From Candidatus Latescibacterota bacterium (GTDB lineage: Bacteria > Latescibacterota > UBA2968 > UBA8231), in NCBI GenBank assembly GCA_965223905.1, contig CBDCXV010000010.1, positions 1,376,001 through 1,440,000 of the forward strand: a DNA stretch of 64,000 bases, read 5' to 3'. Below the pieces are notes generated by a model. That model saw only the letters and a program-made list of their open reading frames with translations. It was not told where the DNA came from and ran no database searches. This document shows positions 39,190 through 49,842 of the stretch, in pieces; position 1 is the first letter of the stretch, and every line of letters begins with the position of its first letter. Position numbers and translations under genes: made by a program.

Positions 39190-39375
39190 ATGACCCAAAT
39201 CGACCCAACGGGTGCCCATGGGTCCGACCTCTGCGAAAGGTTGGTTTCGCGCTTGTTAGGCAACGAGGGAGTCACGCGATTATGAAGCACCCTGATGGAC
39301 GGAGCACAGTTGTGCCCATTCACGGCGGTGAAATGACCGGCGTTGGCCTTATGTCCAAGATTCAGAGAGATGAAG
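39190..39375 (+). pseudogene. hicA: HicA toxin remnant
   Basis: LRKVGFALVRQRGSHAIMKHPDGRSTVVPIH; N-terminus out of frame; no hicB seen. Confidence 0.7.
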
Positions 39376-39626
39376 AGAAGGGTGACATACCCAAACTTCA
39401 AGGAAGCAGCATGGATCGAACGATTGGCTGCCGTCTTGGAACACGTGGCGGCAGAGGGGCGACCGTCCTACTCTCTGCGTCCAGCTGACATGCGCAGATC
39501 GGGTCCAATCGATGAGTTTTTGACAACACTCCATCGCGGATACCGCGCCCTCGCGGAACAAGCGAAATCCGATCCAGCAGGAAAGCTGGCGGCTCTGGTG
39601 ACAGCACGGCCTTCGTTATCCCTCTC

Positions 39627-41057
39627 GTGAACATGTCCGACGACAATTTCCGCGAGTCCCTGACGAGTCAACAGCGCAATCTGTTGCTGGCCGAGCCGGT
39701 CGCGCGACTATCCATCGATCGACGTGTAATTTTCAAGGACGATCCGACGATCGCCGACCGCCTGGATGTCCAGTATCTGGCGCTGAGCGCGATCGATTTC
39801 GTCATGGAACGTTCAGCGGTCGAGTCGGGTGCATCGCCGGGCGAAGTCGTCGAGCATGTCGCCGCCGAAGCGGCGCGGGTGAAGCCGAGTCTGACGGACG
39901 AACAGAGCCGCAAGGTCGGGCAGGTGGTTCTCGACTATCTCGCCAACGCCCGGGACGGGCACAAGGCGTTCCGCGTCGAGTACTACGACGCCGGCCGCGA
40001 CGGCTATTCGTTTCACGACTTCCAGCTGTTGGCCCTGTCCTTCGCCGCCGACGGATCAGTCAGGTTCAAGCTAGCCCGCGGGGCACAGATCCTGACGCTC
40101 GCGATGCTCGATGTGGCGCCCGAGTTCGCGCAGGAAGCTGAGGCGATCATGATCCGAAAGGCGGTCGAACGCGGCCGATTCAAGGATGCGCGGACCCTGG
40201 CCCAGCGCGCCCGCATGCGCTCTATCCACTATCAGCAGTTCATAGAAGACCGGCTGTTTGAGGTCCGGCGCGACGCCGACCGCATTGTCTGGAGCGAGAA
40301 GGTGCTGCCCGAGCTCGACGAAGCCCGCGCGCATCTGAGCGAACGTCGCAAGCACGAAACCGCAATCATCGAATCGGTCCGGGAGCATATCGCGAATGCA
40401 CGCGGCGACACGCGGGATCACCTCGTCGATCTCAAGAACACGATCGACGAATGCCGCCAGCGTCATGCAGCCCTTTTCGAACGCGTCATGACCGCGTCGG
40501 AAGAATTCCGCCGGATTCAGGTGAACGCGTTCCGGGCGCGCCGTACGCAAAACGTGCCCGATCTCGAGGAGCGAATTCTCCTTCCTCTGCTTGCCTCGCA
40601 GATGAGAGCGGTATCCGGAATGAGCGACGAGGTCGGGATCGTCTTCGCAGCCCCCACGCCGCCGCGGCTTTTCGATCTGGCGATGTTGCTCGAGAGCGTC
40701 ACCCAGCCTCGGTTCCGCCGCGACCCCGCCGGTGAGCACGATGAGCACGATCTCGTGGGGATCGAGCGCGTGCCGCCCGAATTTGACGCCGACGAGATTG
40801 GAGAAGCACAGGAGTGGCTGGCCCGGGAGATCTCGACGCGCATTCGCCTGGACATGGCATCGGCAATCGGCGCCGCCGAACGACAAGGTCTCGCGGAGTC
40901 CACCCTGCGCTGCGTGCTGTTTCTGATGCTGCGGTCTTGGTGTCCTCAGGACGATCCTCTTGGGGTCATCGCTTCGATCGACGGGACGCTCGAGCACAAG
41001 CGCGCCGCTGGTGACAATCTGGTGCTCGCCAAGGATGCAGAGCGATGGCGGACCTGA
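39627..41057 (+). CDS. jetA: Wadjet JetA-like (kleisin position) protein
   Basis: First of four coupled genes ending in SMC + TOPRIM; 476 aa, helical; assigned by position. Confidence 0.6.
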   Translation: MNMSDDNFRESLTSQQRNLLLAEPVARLSIDRRVIFKDDPTIADRLDVQYLALSAIDFVMERSAVESGASPGEVVEHVAAEAARVKPSLTDEQSRKVGQVVLDYLANARDGHKAFRVEYYDAGRDGYSFHDFQLLALSFAADGSVRFKLARGAQILTLAMLDVAPEFAQEAEAIMIRKAVERGRFKDARTLAQRARMRSIHYQQFIEDRLFEVRRDADRIVWSEKVLPELDEARAHLSERRKHETAIIESVREHIANARGDTRDHLVDLKNTIDECRQRHAALFERVMTASEEFRRIQVNAFRARRTQNVPDLEERILLPLLASQMRAVSGMSDEVGIVFAAPTPPRLFDLAMLLESVTQPRFRRDPAGEHDEHDLVGIERVPPEFDADEIGEAQEWLAREISTRIRLDMASAIGAAERQGLAESTLRCVLFLMLRSWCPQDDPLGVIASIDGTLEHKRAAGDNLVLAKDAERWRT

Positions 41058-41797
41058 CACATCTGAGCGAGGCACAGAAAGCCGTTCTTCTCCTCAACAA
41101 GGGTCTGTCCCCTCGAGCTTCCGCGCTGCGCGGCGACGTCGACTATGGGCAACTGCTGGCGCACTGGCGTGCCGATCCCGAGTTCCGGCAACTCGTGGAC
41201 GACCTCGCGCCAATGCTCGGTCTCAGAGTCATCGATGTTCTCGACCACGCGATCGTTCTCGCACCGTCAGGCCCCGAAAGTGTGTTCGCCGCTACGCTCA
41301 CGGACCTTCGCCAGGGTCTCGGGGAGATGCCGCGCGGCGCGCTCGCTCTCGTTCATATCGCGATTGCGGCGACGTTCTTTCCGACCGCTGCCGTCCTGAC
41401 CGGGGCGCAGGACGACTTCGCGGAGGTCTCCGCCACGCCGGCGAGGGTTGCGGCGGTGCTTAGCGACCACTGCGGGCGCCTGGAGGCCGAAGCGGGGGAC
41501 GACCCCGATCTGGCGGAGGCGGGGCTGGCAGAGGCTTGGCGCGAGCTCGCCCGCCTGCCGGTGGCCAGACCCGACGGCAGCCAGCGTGCCACGCTGAGCT
41601 CGCTCGCGGGCATGGTCAAGCTCGTTCTCAACCAGCTCGAGGAGCACGGGATGGTGCAGACCCTCGATACCGCGGAAGGCGAGACCTATATCCCTACACC
41701 ACGCTACAGGCTGCAGGTGCGTGAGCTTGCCGCCAACGAGCTGTTCGAACGTTGCGCCTCCGTCCTGCCCGGCTTCCTCGATCACGGGAGAGGATGA
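41045..41797 (+). CDS. jetB: Wadjet JetB-like (KITE position) protein
   Basis: 250 aa; winged-helix-like C-terminus LEEHGMV..YIPTPRY; assigned by position. Confidence 0.65.
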   Translation: MADLTHLSEAQKAVLLLNKGLSPRASALRGDVDYGQLLAHWRADPEFRQLVDDLAPMLGLRVIDVLDHAIVLAPSGPESVFAATLTDLRQGLGEMPRGALALVHIAIAATFFPTAAVLTGAQDDFAEVSATPARVAAVLSDHCGRLEAEAGDDPDLAEAGLAEAWRELARLPVARPDGSQRATLSSLAGMVKLVLNQLEEHGMVQTLDTAEGETYIPTPRYRLQVRELAANELFERCASVLPGFLDHGRG

Positions 41798-44700
41798 ATG
41801 CGGTACATCACGCGCATCCACCTCTCCGACTGCGGCTGGCACGAGGCCTACTACCCCGGGACCACGATCGAGCTTGCCGATCCCCGGACCGGAAAGCCCA
41901 GGCACACGGTGTTCAGCCTGGAGAACACCGGGGGGAAGACGTCCTTTCTGGCCTTGGTGCTGAGCTGCTTCGATCCCAGTGAAAGGCGGTTCCTGAAGAC
42001 CCTGATCCGACCAAACCAGAAGTTCGGCGACTATTTCGGCGACGTACCTGCGTTCATTCTCGTGGAATGGGACCTCTCGGGCGGTCAGACGAGCTTTCTG
42101 GACGCGCAACGCCTGGTCACGGGCCAACTGGTGGTTCCGCGGGGGGAGGGACGGCAGCGAGAGCTCGACCGACACTTCTTCGCGTTCCGAAGCGCGCCCG
42201 GTCTCGCACTCGACGACATCCCGGCCCCCGGTCTCCCGGGATTCGAAGCGCAGGGCCGGCTCAACGGGCATCAGAATGTGCAGGGCTGGCTCCACACGAT
42301 GCGTTCGAACCACCCCGGCAACTTTCAGAACTTCGACAAGCAGTCGGATTGGAAGCGCAAGCTCGCTGAAGAGAAGATCGACACCGAGCTGCTCGCGGCC
42401 CAGGTTGAGTTCAACCGAAGCGAGGGCGGCATCGAGGACTTCCTGAACTTCCGGAGCGAGTCTGAGTTCGTTCGGAAGTTTCTGGCGATGACCGTGCCGG
42501 AGGCGGAGGCCGGCCCGGTGCGGGCGGTGCTCGCCAAGCATGTCGGCAAGCTCGCGGACTTGCCACGTCTGCAAGGGCGCCGGGACGCGATTCGCCAGTT
42601 GAAGGAACGATTCGCGCCGTTCGTGGAAATCGCCTGTGAGGCAAAGGCAGCGCAGGAGGACTTCTCGCAGCGCCTTGGCAATGCCGCCGGCCTCAAGGCG
42701 GCGCTGGAGGAGCATGGAGCTCAGGCCTCGCAGCAGGCCGCTGCACTTTCCGAAAGGGCCGGCACCCACAACGCAGCCGCAGATCAAGCCGAGGCTGCGT
42801 GCAGGGAGGCGCGAGTCCGGTTCGCTTCCGCACAGGTCGAGATGGCTCGCGGCCGACACGAGGCCGCCAAGGCTTTGGCCGCGACGCGCGAGGAGGAGCT
42901 GGCGCAAGCCAAGTCGCGAGCAAATCTCCTCCAGGGTGCGGTGTCGATGCGGGAGATCCTCGACGACCGCGCGCGAAGCGAGTCGCTTCGAGAGGCGATC
43001 GATGCGGAGCATGCGGACCTCGAACCGCGTCGCGACGTGCTGCGGGGCATGGGCGCTGACCTCGAAGCGACGCTCAACCGACGCGCCGCAGCGATGCGCG
43101 AGCGACAACAGTCCCTGACGGCTGACGCCGCCCAAGCGATGGCGGCGGCACGCGAGGCCGAAGAACAGCGAACGGCCGACGACGAAAGTGCCCAGGCGGA
43201 GCGGCGGAAGATAGCCGGCATCGACGTGGACCTCGGCCACTCGCGGGACTTTCGGGCTCGGCTGGAGGAGGAGGGGGTTCTCGTATCCGGGGAAAGCGCC
43301 GAGGCGGCATCGCACCGCCATGCGGAAGCCGCGCGGGCGGTCCGGGACGAGGCGCTCGATCTGCGCCGTCAGGCCGATGAGAGGGACGAGGCGACCGGGG
43401 CGCACCGTGATTGCCAAGGCGATTTCAAGGCCGAGCGGTCCGGCATCGCAAGCGAGATTAAATCCTTGCAGGAAACCGTCCAGGAAGGCGAGGAGAAACG
43501 CCGTTCTCTGGCCCTTGATTCGACCATTCTCGAGCTGACCGGCGAGAGCGAGGTCGATCCCGAATCGGAGGCAGTCGACCGGGTGCTTTCGAATGCCAGG
43601 GGCAAGTGCGCCGCGACGCTGCGAGACAGCGAGCGACAGCAAGAGCTGCTCGAAGCCGATCGCGAGTCTCTCGAAGCCACCGGACTCGCGTCCATCGACA
43701 AGGATGTACGCGCCGTCACCGAACGGCTTCGAGCCTCCGGCATGCCGGACGCCCAGCCATATGCCACCTACCTGTCCGAGATTCTGCAATCGCCCGACGG
43801 CGTTCGCCGTTTCGCCGAGGCCGACCCGGCCCGCTTCGCCGGCGTTGCCGTCCCCAATCGGAAAGCGCTGGACGAGGCGCGCCGCTTGCTTCAGTCCGCA
43901 CCGCCGCTGAGCCGGGCGGTGACCGTGGCAATTGCCGACGACGTACCCGGTGAGACACCGGGAGACCGGTTCGTCCTGGCGGTCGAAGAACCAGCCGCCT
44001 ACGACCGCGGGGCCGCACAAGAGCTGCGACGGCGCATCGAGGACGATATCGCCCGAATCGGAGAATCGATTGAGGTAGCACGGGGGCGATTGGACAGGCT
44101 GGAGTCCACGCTTCGGAACCTGGGCGCATGGCGCGAACGGTTCGGCGACGGTCGGCTTGACGCGATGCGGCAGTCCATGGAGAAAATGGAGGCGCGCATC
44201 GAGGAGGTCGGAGCCGAACTCGACGCACTGTCGAAGCGCATCGAGAGCGATGAGGAAGATGCCAGGCTCTGCCGTGATCGGGCGCGCGAATGCGACCAGC
44301 AGTCCCACGCCTGCTCTGAACGTGCCCGCCGCGCCAGTGAGCATCAGGCGCAGTGGGAGTCGCGCGTAGAGGATTGGCACTTGGAGCGCCTTCGCCACGA
44401 GCAAGCGGCGCAAGTCGCCGAGGCAGGCGCACGGGACGGGCAGACGAAGCGGGACGCGCTGGAGGACAAAGCCCGCACTTGCGAACAGGACGCGAAGGAG
44501 GAGGCAAGTCGGGCGGCAGACATGGAACGCGAGACCGAAGACATCGAGTACACGGCAGCCGGCGGACGGATATCGGAGGATCTCGATGCCCTGCGCCGCG
44601 ACTACGGGCAGCACCTGGATACGTTGAAGAAACTGGAGCAGGAGCGGGTCGACCATCTTCTCGGGCAGCAACAGGAAATCCAACGGGCTCTGAACGGGAA

Positions 44701-46174
44701 GGAAGACCGCTTCGGACAGGAGTTCGGCGAACTCGACCGAACGAAGGTCGAAGCCGAAGCCGCGCGTGACGGCGTTTTAGAGGCTGCCGCCTCCGCCGAT
44801 GCAGAAATCGAGACGGCGCTTGCGAATGCGTCGACCGCCCGAGCCGATGCAGAAGGCGCGGAGAAAGAGTACCGCTCCGAGAGAGACAGGCGCGCTGCGG
44901 AAATCAAGCCGGACGCCTTGGTTGATCTCCGTGCTCTCCAACCGGACGACTTGGCCGGTATCGCGTCCAAGGCGCAGGAGACTATCGTCCAGCAAGAGGC
45001 TCTCGGAGCACGGGAGGCGGAGGCGGCGGAACGGACGCGCCGGGAGGCGACACGGAACGAGCACGCCGCAAAGGAATACATGAACTGGGGGGCTACGCTG
45101 GATGGCGTGCTGCACGGCGAGTCCGCTTCACCGGATCGGATCGAACTCCCGCGTCACGAAGAGGTAGCGACTGTTGTCAACGACACCGTGTCCGGGCTCG
45201 GCCGAGCGCGCGCCGCGTTGAGCGAAGCGCACAAGCGGGTCTACGGCAGCTACGACGAGATCCGCAGGTTCATGATCTCCCCCACCTTCAGCCGGCTGGA
45301 AGAGGAACGCGAGGTCGCCTTGCACCTGAGCGCAAACGAACCTTTGGCCGTCGCCGCCCACGCACCCGGGACGGCGGCGCTGATCGACGATCGCTTGAAG
45401 AGCATCGAGCACGACCTGTCACGACTCGACGACGATCTCCAGGCGTGCATCGAGGAGTTGGACCATCTATTGCGTACGGCCTTGCATATCGTGCGTCGCA
45501 TGGTCCGGGACGGGAGGATTCCGGACCATGTGCCGCGTTTCGGCGGCCAGCCGGTGTTCCGCATCGGCGCCGACCTAGACCGAATCGCGGCCACGAACCG
45601 CAGGGAGATTCTGCGCGGCTACATCACCGATCTGGTGGAGGATGACCGGGTGCCGGAAAGGGGCCAGGACATCGCCGCGGAGATGGTGGAACGCATGACG
45701 GCGGCGCTGGGCAGGAGCACGCTGGACATCCGACTCCTCAAGCCGAAAGGCGAGGGCGACACCGAGCACATGCCGATCGAGCAAGTGACCGTTTCGGGTG
45801 GAGAGCTACTCACCGCCGCGATGATGATCTACCTCGTGATCGCGAGGCTGCGTGCGGATGCAATGCACCAAGGCACGGGGGAAGCCGGTGTGCTCATCCT
45901 GGACAACCCGTTGGGCAAGGCCAACAAGACGCTGCTGTTGAAGACGCAGATTGGACTCGCGGACGCCATGGGAATCCAACTCTTCTATGCCACCGGCGTT
46001 CAGGACACGAGCGCACTCGCTGCATTCGAGAACATCGTGAGGCTGCGCCGCAATCGGCAGTCCCGGGCCACGCGCCGCATCCATGTTGAGATAGAGGCGA
46101 TGCGCACGCACATCGACAGGAACACGGATGGCGAGCCCTCCGTGGCTGCCCCCGCCGAGTCGGCCGCCGATTAG
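41798..46174 (+). CDS. jetC: Wadjet JetC SMC-like ATPase
   Basis: LENTGGKT P-loop, long coiled coils, SGGE signature, ILDNP Walker B. Confidence 0.85.
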   Translation: MRYITRIHLSDCGWHEAYYPGTTIELADPRTGKPRHTVFSLENTGGKTSFLALVLSCFDPSERRFLKTLIRPNQKFGDYFGDVPAFILVEWDLSGGQTSFLDAQRLVTGQLVVPRGEGRQRELDRHFFAFRSAPGLALDDIPAPGLPGFEAQGRLNGHQNVQGWLHTMRSNHPGNFQNFDKQSDWKRKLAEEKIDTELLAAQVEFNRSEGGIEDFLNFRSESEFVRKFLAMTVPEAEAGPVRAVLAKHVGKLADLPRLQGRRDAIRQLKERFAPFVEIACEAKAAQEDFSQRLGNAAGLKAALEEHGAQASQQAAALSERAGTHNAAADQAEAACREARVRFASAQVEMARGRHEAAKALAATREEELAQAKSRANLLQGAVSMREILDDRARSESLREAIDAEHADLEPRRDVLRGMGADLEATLNRRAAAMRERQQSLTADAAQAMAAAREAEEQRTADDESAQAERRKIAGIDVDLGHSRDFRARLEEEGVLVSGESAEAASHRHAEAARAVRDEALDLRRQADERDEATGAHRDCQGDFKAERSGIASEIKSLQETVQEGEEKRRSLALDSTILELTGESEVDPESEAVDRVLSNARGKCAATLRDSERQQELLEADRESLEATGLASIDKDVRAVTERLRASGMPDAQPYATYLSEILQSPDGVRRFAEADPARFAGVAVPNRKALDEARRLLQSAPPLSRAVTVAIADDVPGETPGDRFVLAVEEPAAYDRGAAQELRRRIEDDIARIGESIEVARGRLDRLESTLRNLGAWRERFGDGRLDAMRQSMEKMEARIEEVGAELDALSKRIESDEEDARLCRDRARECDQQSHACSERARRASEHQAQWESRVEDWHLERLRHEQAAQVAEAGARDGQTKRDALEDKARTCEQDAKEEASRAADMERETEDIEYTAAGGRISEDLDALRRDYGQHLDTLKKLEQERVDHLLGQQQEIQRALNGKEDRFGQEFGELDRTKVEAEAARDGVLEAAASADAEIETALANASTARADAEGAEKEYRSERDRRAAEIKPDALVDLRALQPDDLAGIASKAQETIVQQEALGAREAEAAERTRREATRNEHAAKEYMNWGATLDGVLHGESASPDRIELPRHEEVATVVNDTVSGLGRARAALSEAHKRVYGSYDEIRRFMISPTFSRLEEEREVALHLSANEPLAVAAHAPGTAALIDDRLKSIEHDLSRLDDDLQACIEELDHLLRTALHIVRRMVRDGRIPDHVPRFGGQPVFRIGADLDRIAATNRREILRGYITDLVEDDRVPERGQDIAAEMVERMTAALGRSTLDIRLLKPKGEGDTEHMPIEQVTVSGGELLTAAMMIYLVIARLRADAMHQGTGEAGVLILDNPLGKANKTLLLKTQIGLADAMGIQLFYATGVQDTSALAAFENIVRLRRNRQSRATRRIHVEIEAMRTHIDRNTDGEPSVAAPAESAAD

Positions 46175-46175
46175 C

Positions 46176-47216
46176 GTGCCCACCTTCGAAGAAGCGCTCC
46201 TTGCGCTCGGCAAGCGGCGGATACGTTTGCCCGAGCTTCGCGACGCATATCTTCGCGCCCACCCGGAGGCCCGCAATGCGCCGGACCTGCGCCGGCTTCT
46301 CCTCGAAGCGCTGCGCAGGTTGGAGCGCGACGAAGTTGCCGACCTCCCGGAACCCGGACGGAGGTGGGACACGTCCGGCTCTCCCGCACTTCCTCGGACC
46401 GCGAGTCTCCGCGACGTGGCACGCTCCCGGCGTTCCCCAGAGCCGCACGCCTGGCTGCCGGCTCTTGCTTTCGCGGCGGACGAGCGCCATCCCGTCCGCA
46501 GGGCGGACCTTCAAGCCATCAACGCGTTTCTGGTGTCCGCGCGCGACAAGAGCCTATCCCCGGTGCCGACGCGGGAGCGGTCACTGCAAATCTTCGGGAA
46601 CGAGAAGCGGCTCGACCTTATCCGCAAGGGTGAGCCAACCCTGTTCGAAGGACGCATCTCGCTCGACGACCTTCACTGCTATCCGGTCGCACCACCGCTG
46701 CCGTGTGAAACGCCTGACAGCCCTTCGGCCGGGCGGCCCATTCTCGTGCTGGAGAACTATCATTCCTACGACAGTTTCCAGCGTTGGAACCGGGAGGCAG
46801 CGCTGTACGCCGCAGTCGCTTACGGTGGCGGCAATGCGTTCAGACAGGGAGCCGGCAATCTCGACGAACTGATCGCTCGCACCGCCGCCGATGGCGCCTT
46901 CTATGTCGGTGACCTGGACCCGCCCGGAATCGACATACTACTCGGCGTTAACGAACGTCGTCGGGCAGAGGGACTGACGTCGGTGCAACCCCATCGCGGC
47001 CTCTATGAATGGTTGTTGGAGCATGGCTATCGGCGCCCGTTGGACAAGGCACCCAGGGACGGCTTGGCCTCCCGTCTCGGGGAGGTGTTTCCCGCCGGCA
47101 TCGCCGGCGCGCTTGGCGAACTGTGGGCTGCAGGACTGCGCATCCCGCAGGAGAGCTTTGGCCTTCAACAGCTCCGTGAGGAGGAGGAGGCGATCGCCAG
47201 CCCAGAGAACGCCTGA
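46176..47216 (+). CDS. jetD: Wadjet JetD TOPRIM nuclease (DUF2220-like)
   Basis: RERSLQIFGNEK; VLEN; YGGG; GDLDPPG; IPQE. Confidence 0.85.
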   Translation: MPTFEEALLALGKRRIRLPELRDAYLRAHPEARNAPDLRRLLLEALRRLERDEVADLPEPGRRWDTSGSPALPRTASLRDVARSRRSPEPHAWLPALAFAADERHPVRRADLQAINAFLVSARDKSLSPVPTRERSLQIFGNEKRLDLIRKGEPTLFEGRISLDDLHCYPVAPPLPCETPDSPSAGRPILVLENYHSYDSFQRWNREAALYAAVAYGGGNAFRQGAGNLDELIARTAADGAFYVGDLDPPGIDILLGVNERRRAEGLTSVQPHRGLYEWLLEHGYRRPLDKAPRDGLASRLGEVFPAGIAGALGELWAAGLRIPQESFGLQQLREEEEAIASPENA

Positions 47217-47403
47217 ACCGCCCGGCATTCCTCTGCACGATCTGCTGCACGTCTGGGGTCGGACGACGGCCGAGCTAGTACGAAAAACCGGACTTCATCC
47301 CCATGGACGTACTCTCCGCTATACATCGGCGTAAGGCCCCTTGTCGTCGCCAGCCGTTAATCGAACACTATCTTCTGAATGCAAGTCCAGTCTATAACGC
47401 ACC

Positions 47404-49842
47404 TTAGTCCTTCTTTCCCGTTTTTTTGGTAGGCAATCGGGGACGCAGATCAAGGAGGTGGACGCTAAGTGCTACCATACCACCCATCTCCCCCTCGACT
47501 CGCTTGGCCTCTTGACGGAGGATCGACTTCAACTCTTCTAGACCGATGGAAGCTCCGCTGTCCGGGTGTTTCCACTTCTTGCGATCATTTGCAACTGTTA
47601 CCAACAGGCACCCTGATCTTCTGTTCTCTGCCGACATATATTTCTTGACCAACTGGCCATAGATCGTATCCCGCAAATCGCGGGCCGACCTGCCGTCAGC
47701 GAGCTTGAGTTCGATGACCGTTTCGTGGTCGGACACGGCGGAACGCAGACGAATATCCGTTCTACTTTCATCCGCAGTAACTGCTTCTTGGTCAACCTTG
47801 TAACGTCCTTTTGCCGCATGGGTAAGTTCCCGCGCGATCTCGCGGCGCATGACCTTCTCGTCGGTGATTCCCGCCCAAGCGTCCCTAGGCGACGTGTCAA
47901 GTAGAAGGAGGTCTTCAAGTTCTTCCAGACAATCGTTCATTAAGGCGAACATTGCTTCGTTGGTTGAGGGTGGTGCTTCCCCTGTTTTGTCCAGCGCAAC
48001 GGCTTGTGCTTCGTCGAACGGCACTGAATCAATCTCCTGTGCCCAATTTTCCTCCGCAACGGCCAGAATGTGGTCCTTGAAATGTGCACAAATCGGATCA
48101 CTAGCCATCTCTAGCTTCGCTGCCCAGCCCTCTTCGCCTTTCGCCTCCAACAGGGCATTCACAATCTCGTTTCGTGCCTGTTCGGCGTTATCGCGGGTAT
48201 TCGGGGTATAGCTGCCCTCGTGCTCAGCATCGTCAACGGGCCGAACATGGCGATACGAGAGACGAAGTAGTCGCAGCAGCAGTTGCGGTTTGATTTCTGG
48301 AGTCTTCAGATTGATCGCATCATGTCGATCACCGAACAGAACACTGAACCATGTGACCCCTTCACTACGCGCTCCGGGCTCGACCGTTCGGATTCGATTC
48401 TCAAGCGCGGATACACCGAGGTCGGGATCGACCCGCATAAGTGTCGGCAACCAAACAAAAACAAGAGCCTCCGGCAGGTCACTTTGAAGCCGCTCACTCG
48501 CAATAGCGAGAAGGTGCACGCGGGTGTCTTCGTCATCATATTTCAGCATCACGCTGATCACCTGCCGAACCCGCTCGGTGGCCCCCGGGAGATCGCTCCC
48601 AGCATCGACAAAATCTGGGTACCCATCCAGCCATTCCCGAAGTCTTGGGAAAAAACAATTTGGCAACGGACTCAGGCGCGTAACTAATGTCCTGCAATAG
48701 CATCGAATGACCGTTTGCACCCGGTTCCCTACTCAGTTCCCAGCTCAACTCGTTACCGAGTATTTCATCCACCGCGCCCGGATGGGAATCGACCAGACTT
48801 TCCATCCAACTAGGCAACCCATTTAGTTGGATTGGGGCGAATCGCACCGCAAGCTTCGCCTCTTCTTCACTGAGTTTGGTTGCCCATGAGGGATCTTCCG
48901 CCTCGGCATAAATCCCGGCGAGCCCGAGCTGCCAGCGGACAAGAATGGTTCCGCGCTCGTCTTCCGGTCTTTCGCTTGGAAGGGTGGGATGGTCTTGGCG
49001 CCAGATATGCATCAGAGTGCCCCGCAACCGGTCCGCTGTCCCTCTATCGAACTGCTCTTCGATAAAGCGCCGATTCCATCCAGATGTTCGGCTATCTTCG
49101 CCGTCGTGGCTCATTGCCTCCCAGAGATTCCACGCTGTGTTCAATTCACGTTCGGAAGAGAAAGCGCTCTCAGGGCGTTCAGCAACTTCACGCCAGAACT
49201 GAACCCAACTGGCCCTATTCTGCTCGTCTTGCCGTTCTTGTTGCTTCTTTTGCTCAGCCGCCTCCTTTTCCCAGCACTCGAGTTCCCTGTCGTGTTTCGA
49301 TGGCTTCAGGCGCTCATCAATGGCTGCAATTAGATCTGGTTGATCAGCAACCAGCGGTTTCAATGCCCAAACATGATCACGCCACTTTTCAGGGTCTGGC
49401 ACTAGGCGCATCGCCCCCTCCAATAACATAGCTCGGTCGTCTTTGGAGCGGGCAGTGTCGCTGAGGGCTTCCTTGATCCAGTCCAGATCCCGCTCTGCTC
49501 GAACCTTGACAGGCCCGTCACGCAATGTGACTTCCGCCCAGCGCTTCCAAGGATCCGCGATTTCGTGGAGTGATTGAACCAAAGAATCTTCCGCCCAAAA
49601 GAGGCAGGCATTCTCATATGCAGCAAGGTTCTCGAGTCGCTCCCGAAGCGCTTTCTGCGCCTCGTCGCTGGTGAATTGGGGATGATGTAGACGAAGCGCA
49701 AGAACGCTAGCATTCAGCCAGCCATCGCTCTTGTTTCCGTCGAGTCCTCGAACGCAAGTCGCGGCCAATGCACCGCTCAGATGGGGCCGGTCGCATACAA
49801 TGTGTGGCCTTCGCCAGTGGAGCCCGGCAGAAAGTAACTCAA
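47404..49842 (-). pseudogene. NACHT/STAND-nuclease, C-terminal part (frameshift in A6 run 48650-48655)
   Basis: Helical region, then QE..RTDIRL..VIELKL PD-(D/E)XK motif. Confidence 0.75.

Noticed and set aside
21179-39630. Integron cassette array as the explanation for the cargo
   Set aside because: No attC-like repeats between modules and no intI; many genes overlap directly
17595-44683. Long minus-strand ORFs (17595-20261, 21029-22594, 35571-37085, 41267-44683)
   Set aside because: Antisense shadows of the helicase, ATPases and JetC; no motifs
39627-46174. Housekeeping MukBEF/SMC condensin
   Set aside because: The coupled TOPRIM jetD gene and defence-island context indicate Wadjet
48650-48655. 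Phase-variable homopolymer switch in the NACHT gene
   Set aside because: A6 is short and the gene is already IS-disrupted; error or decay is simpler
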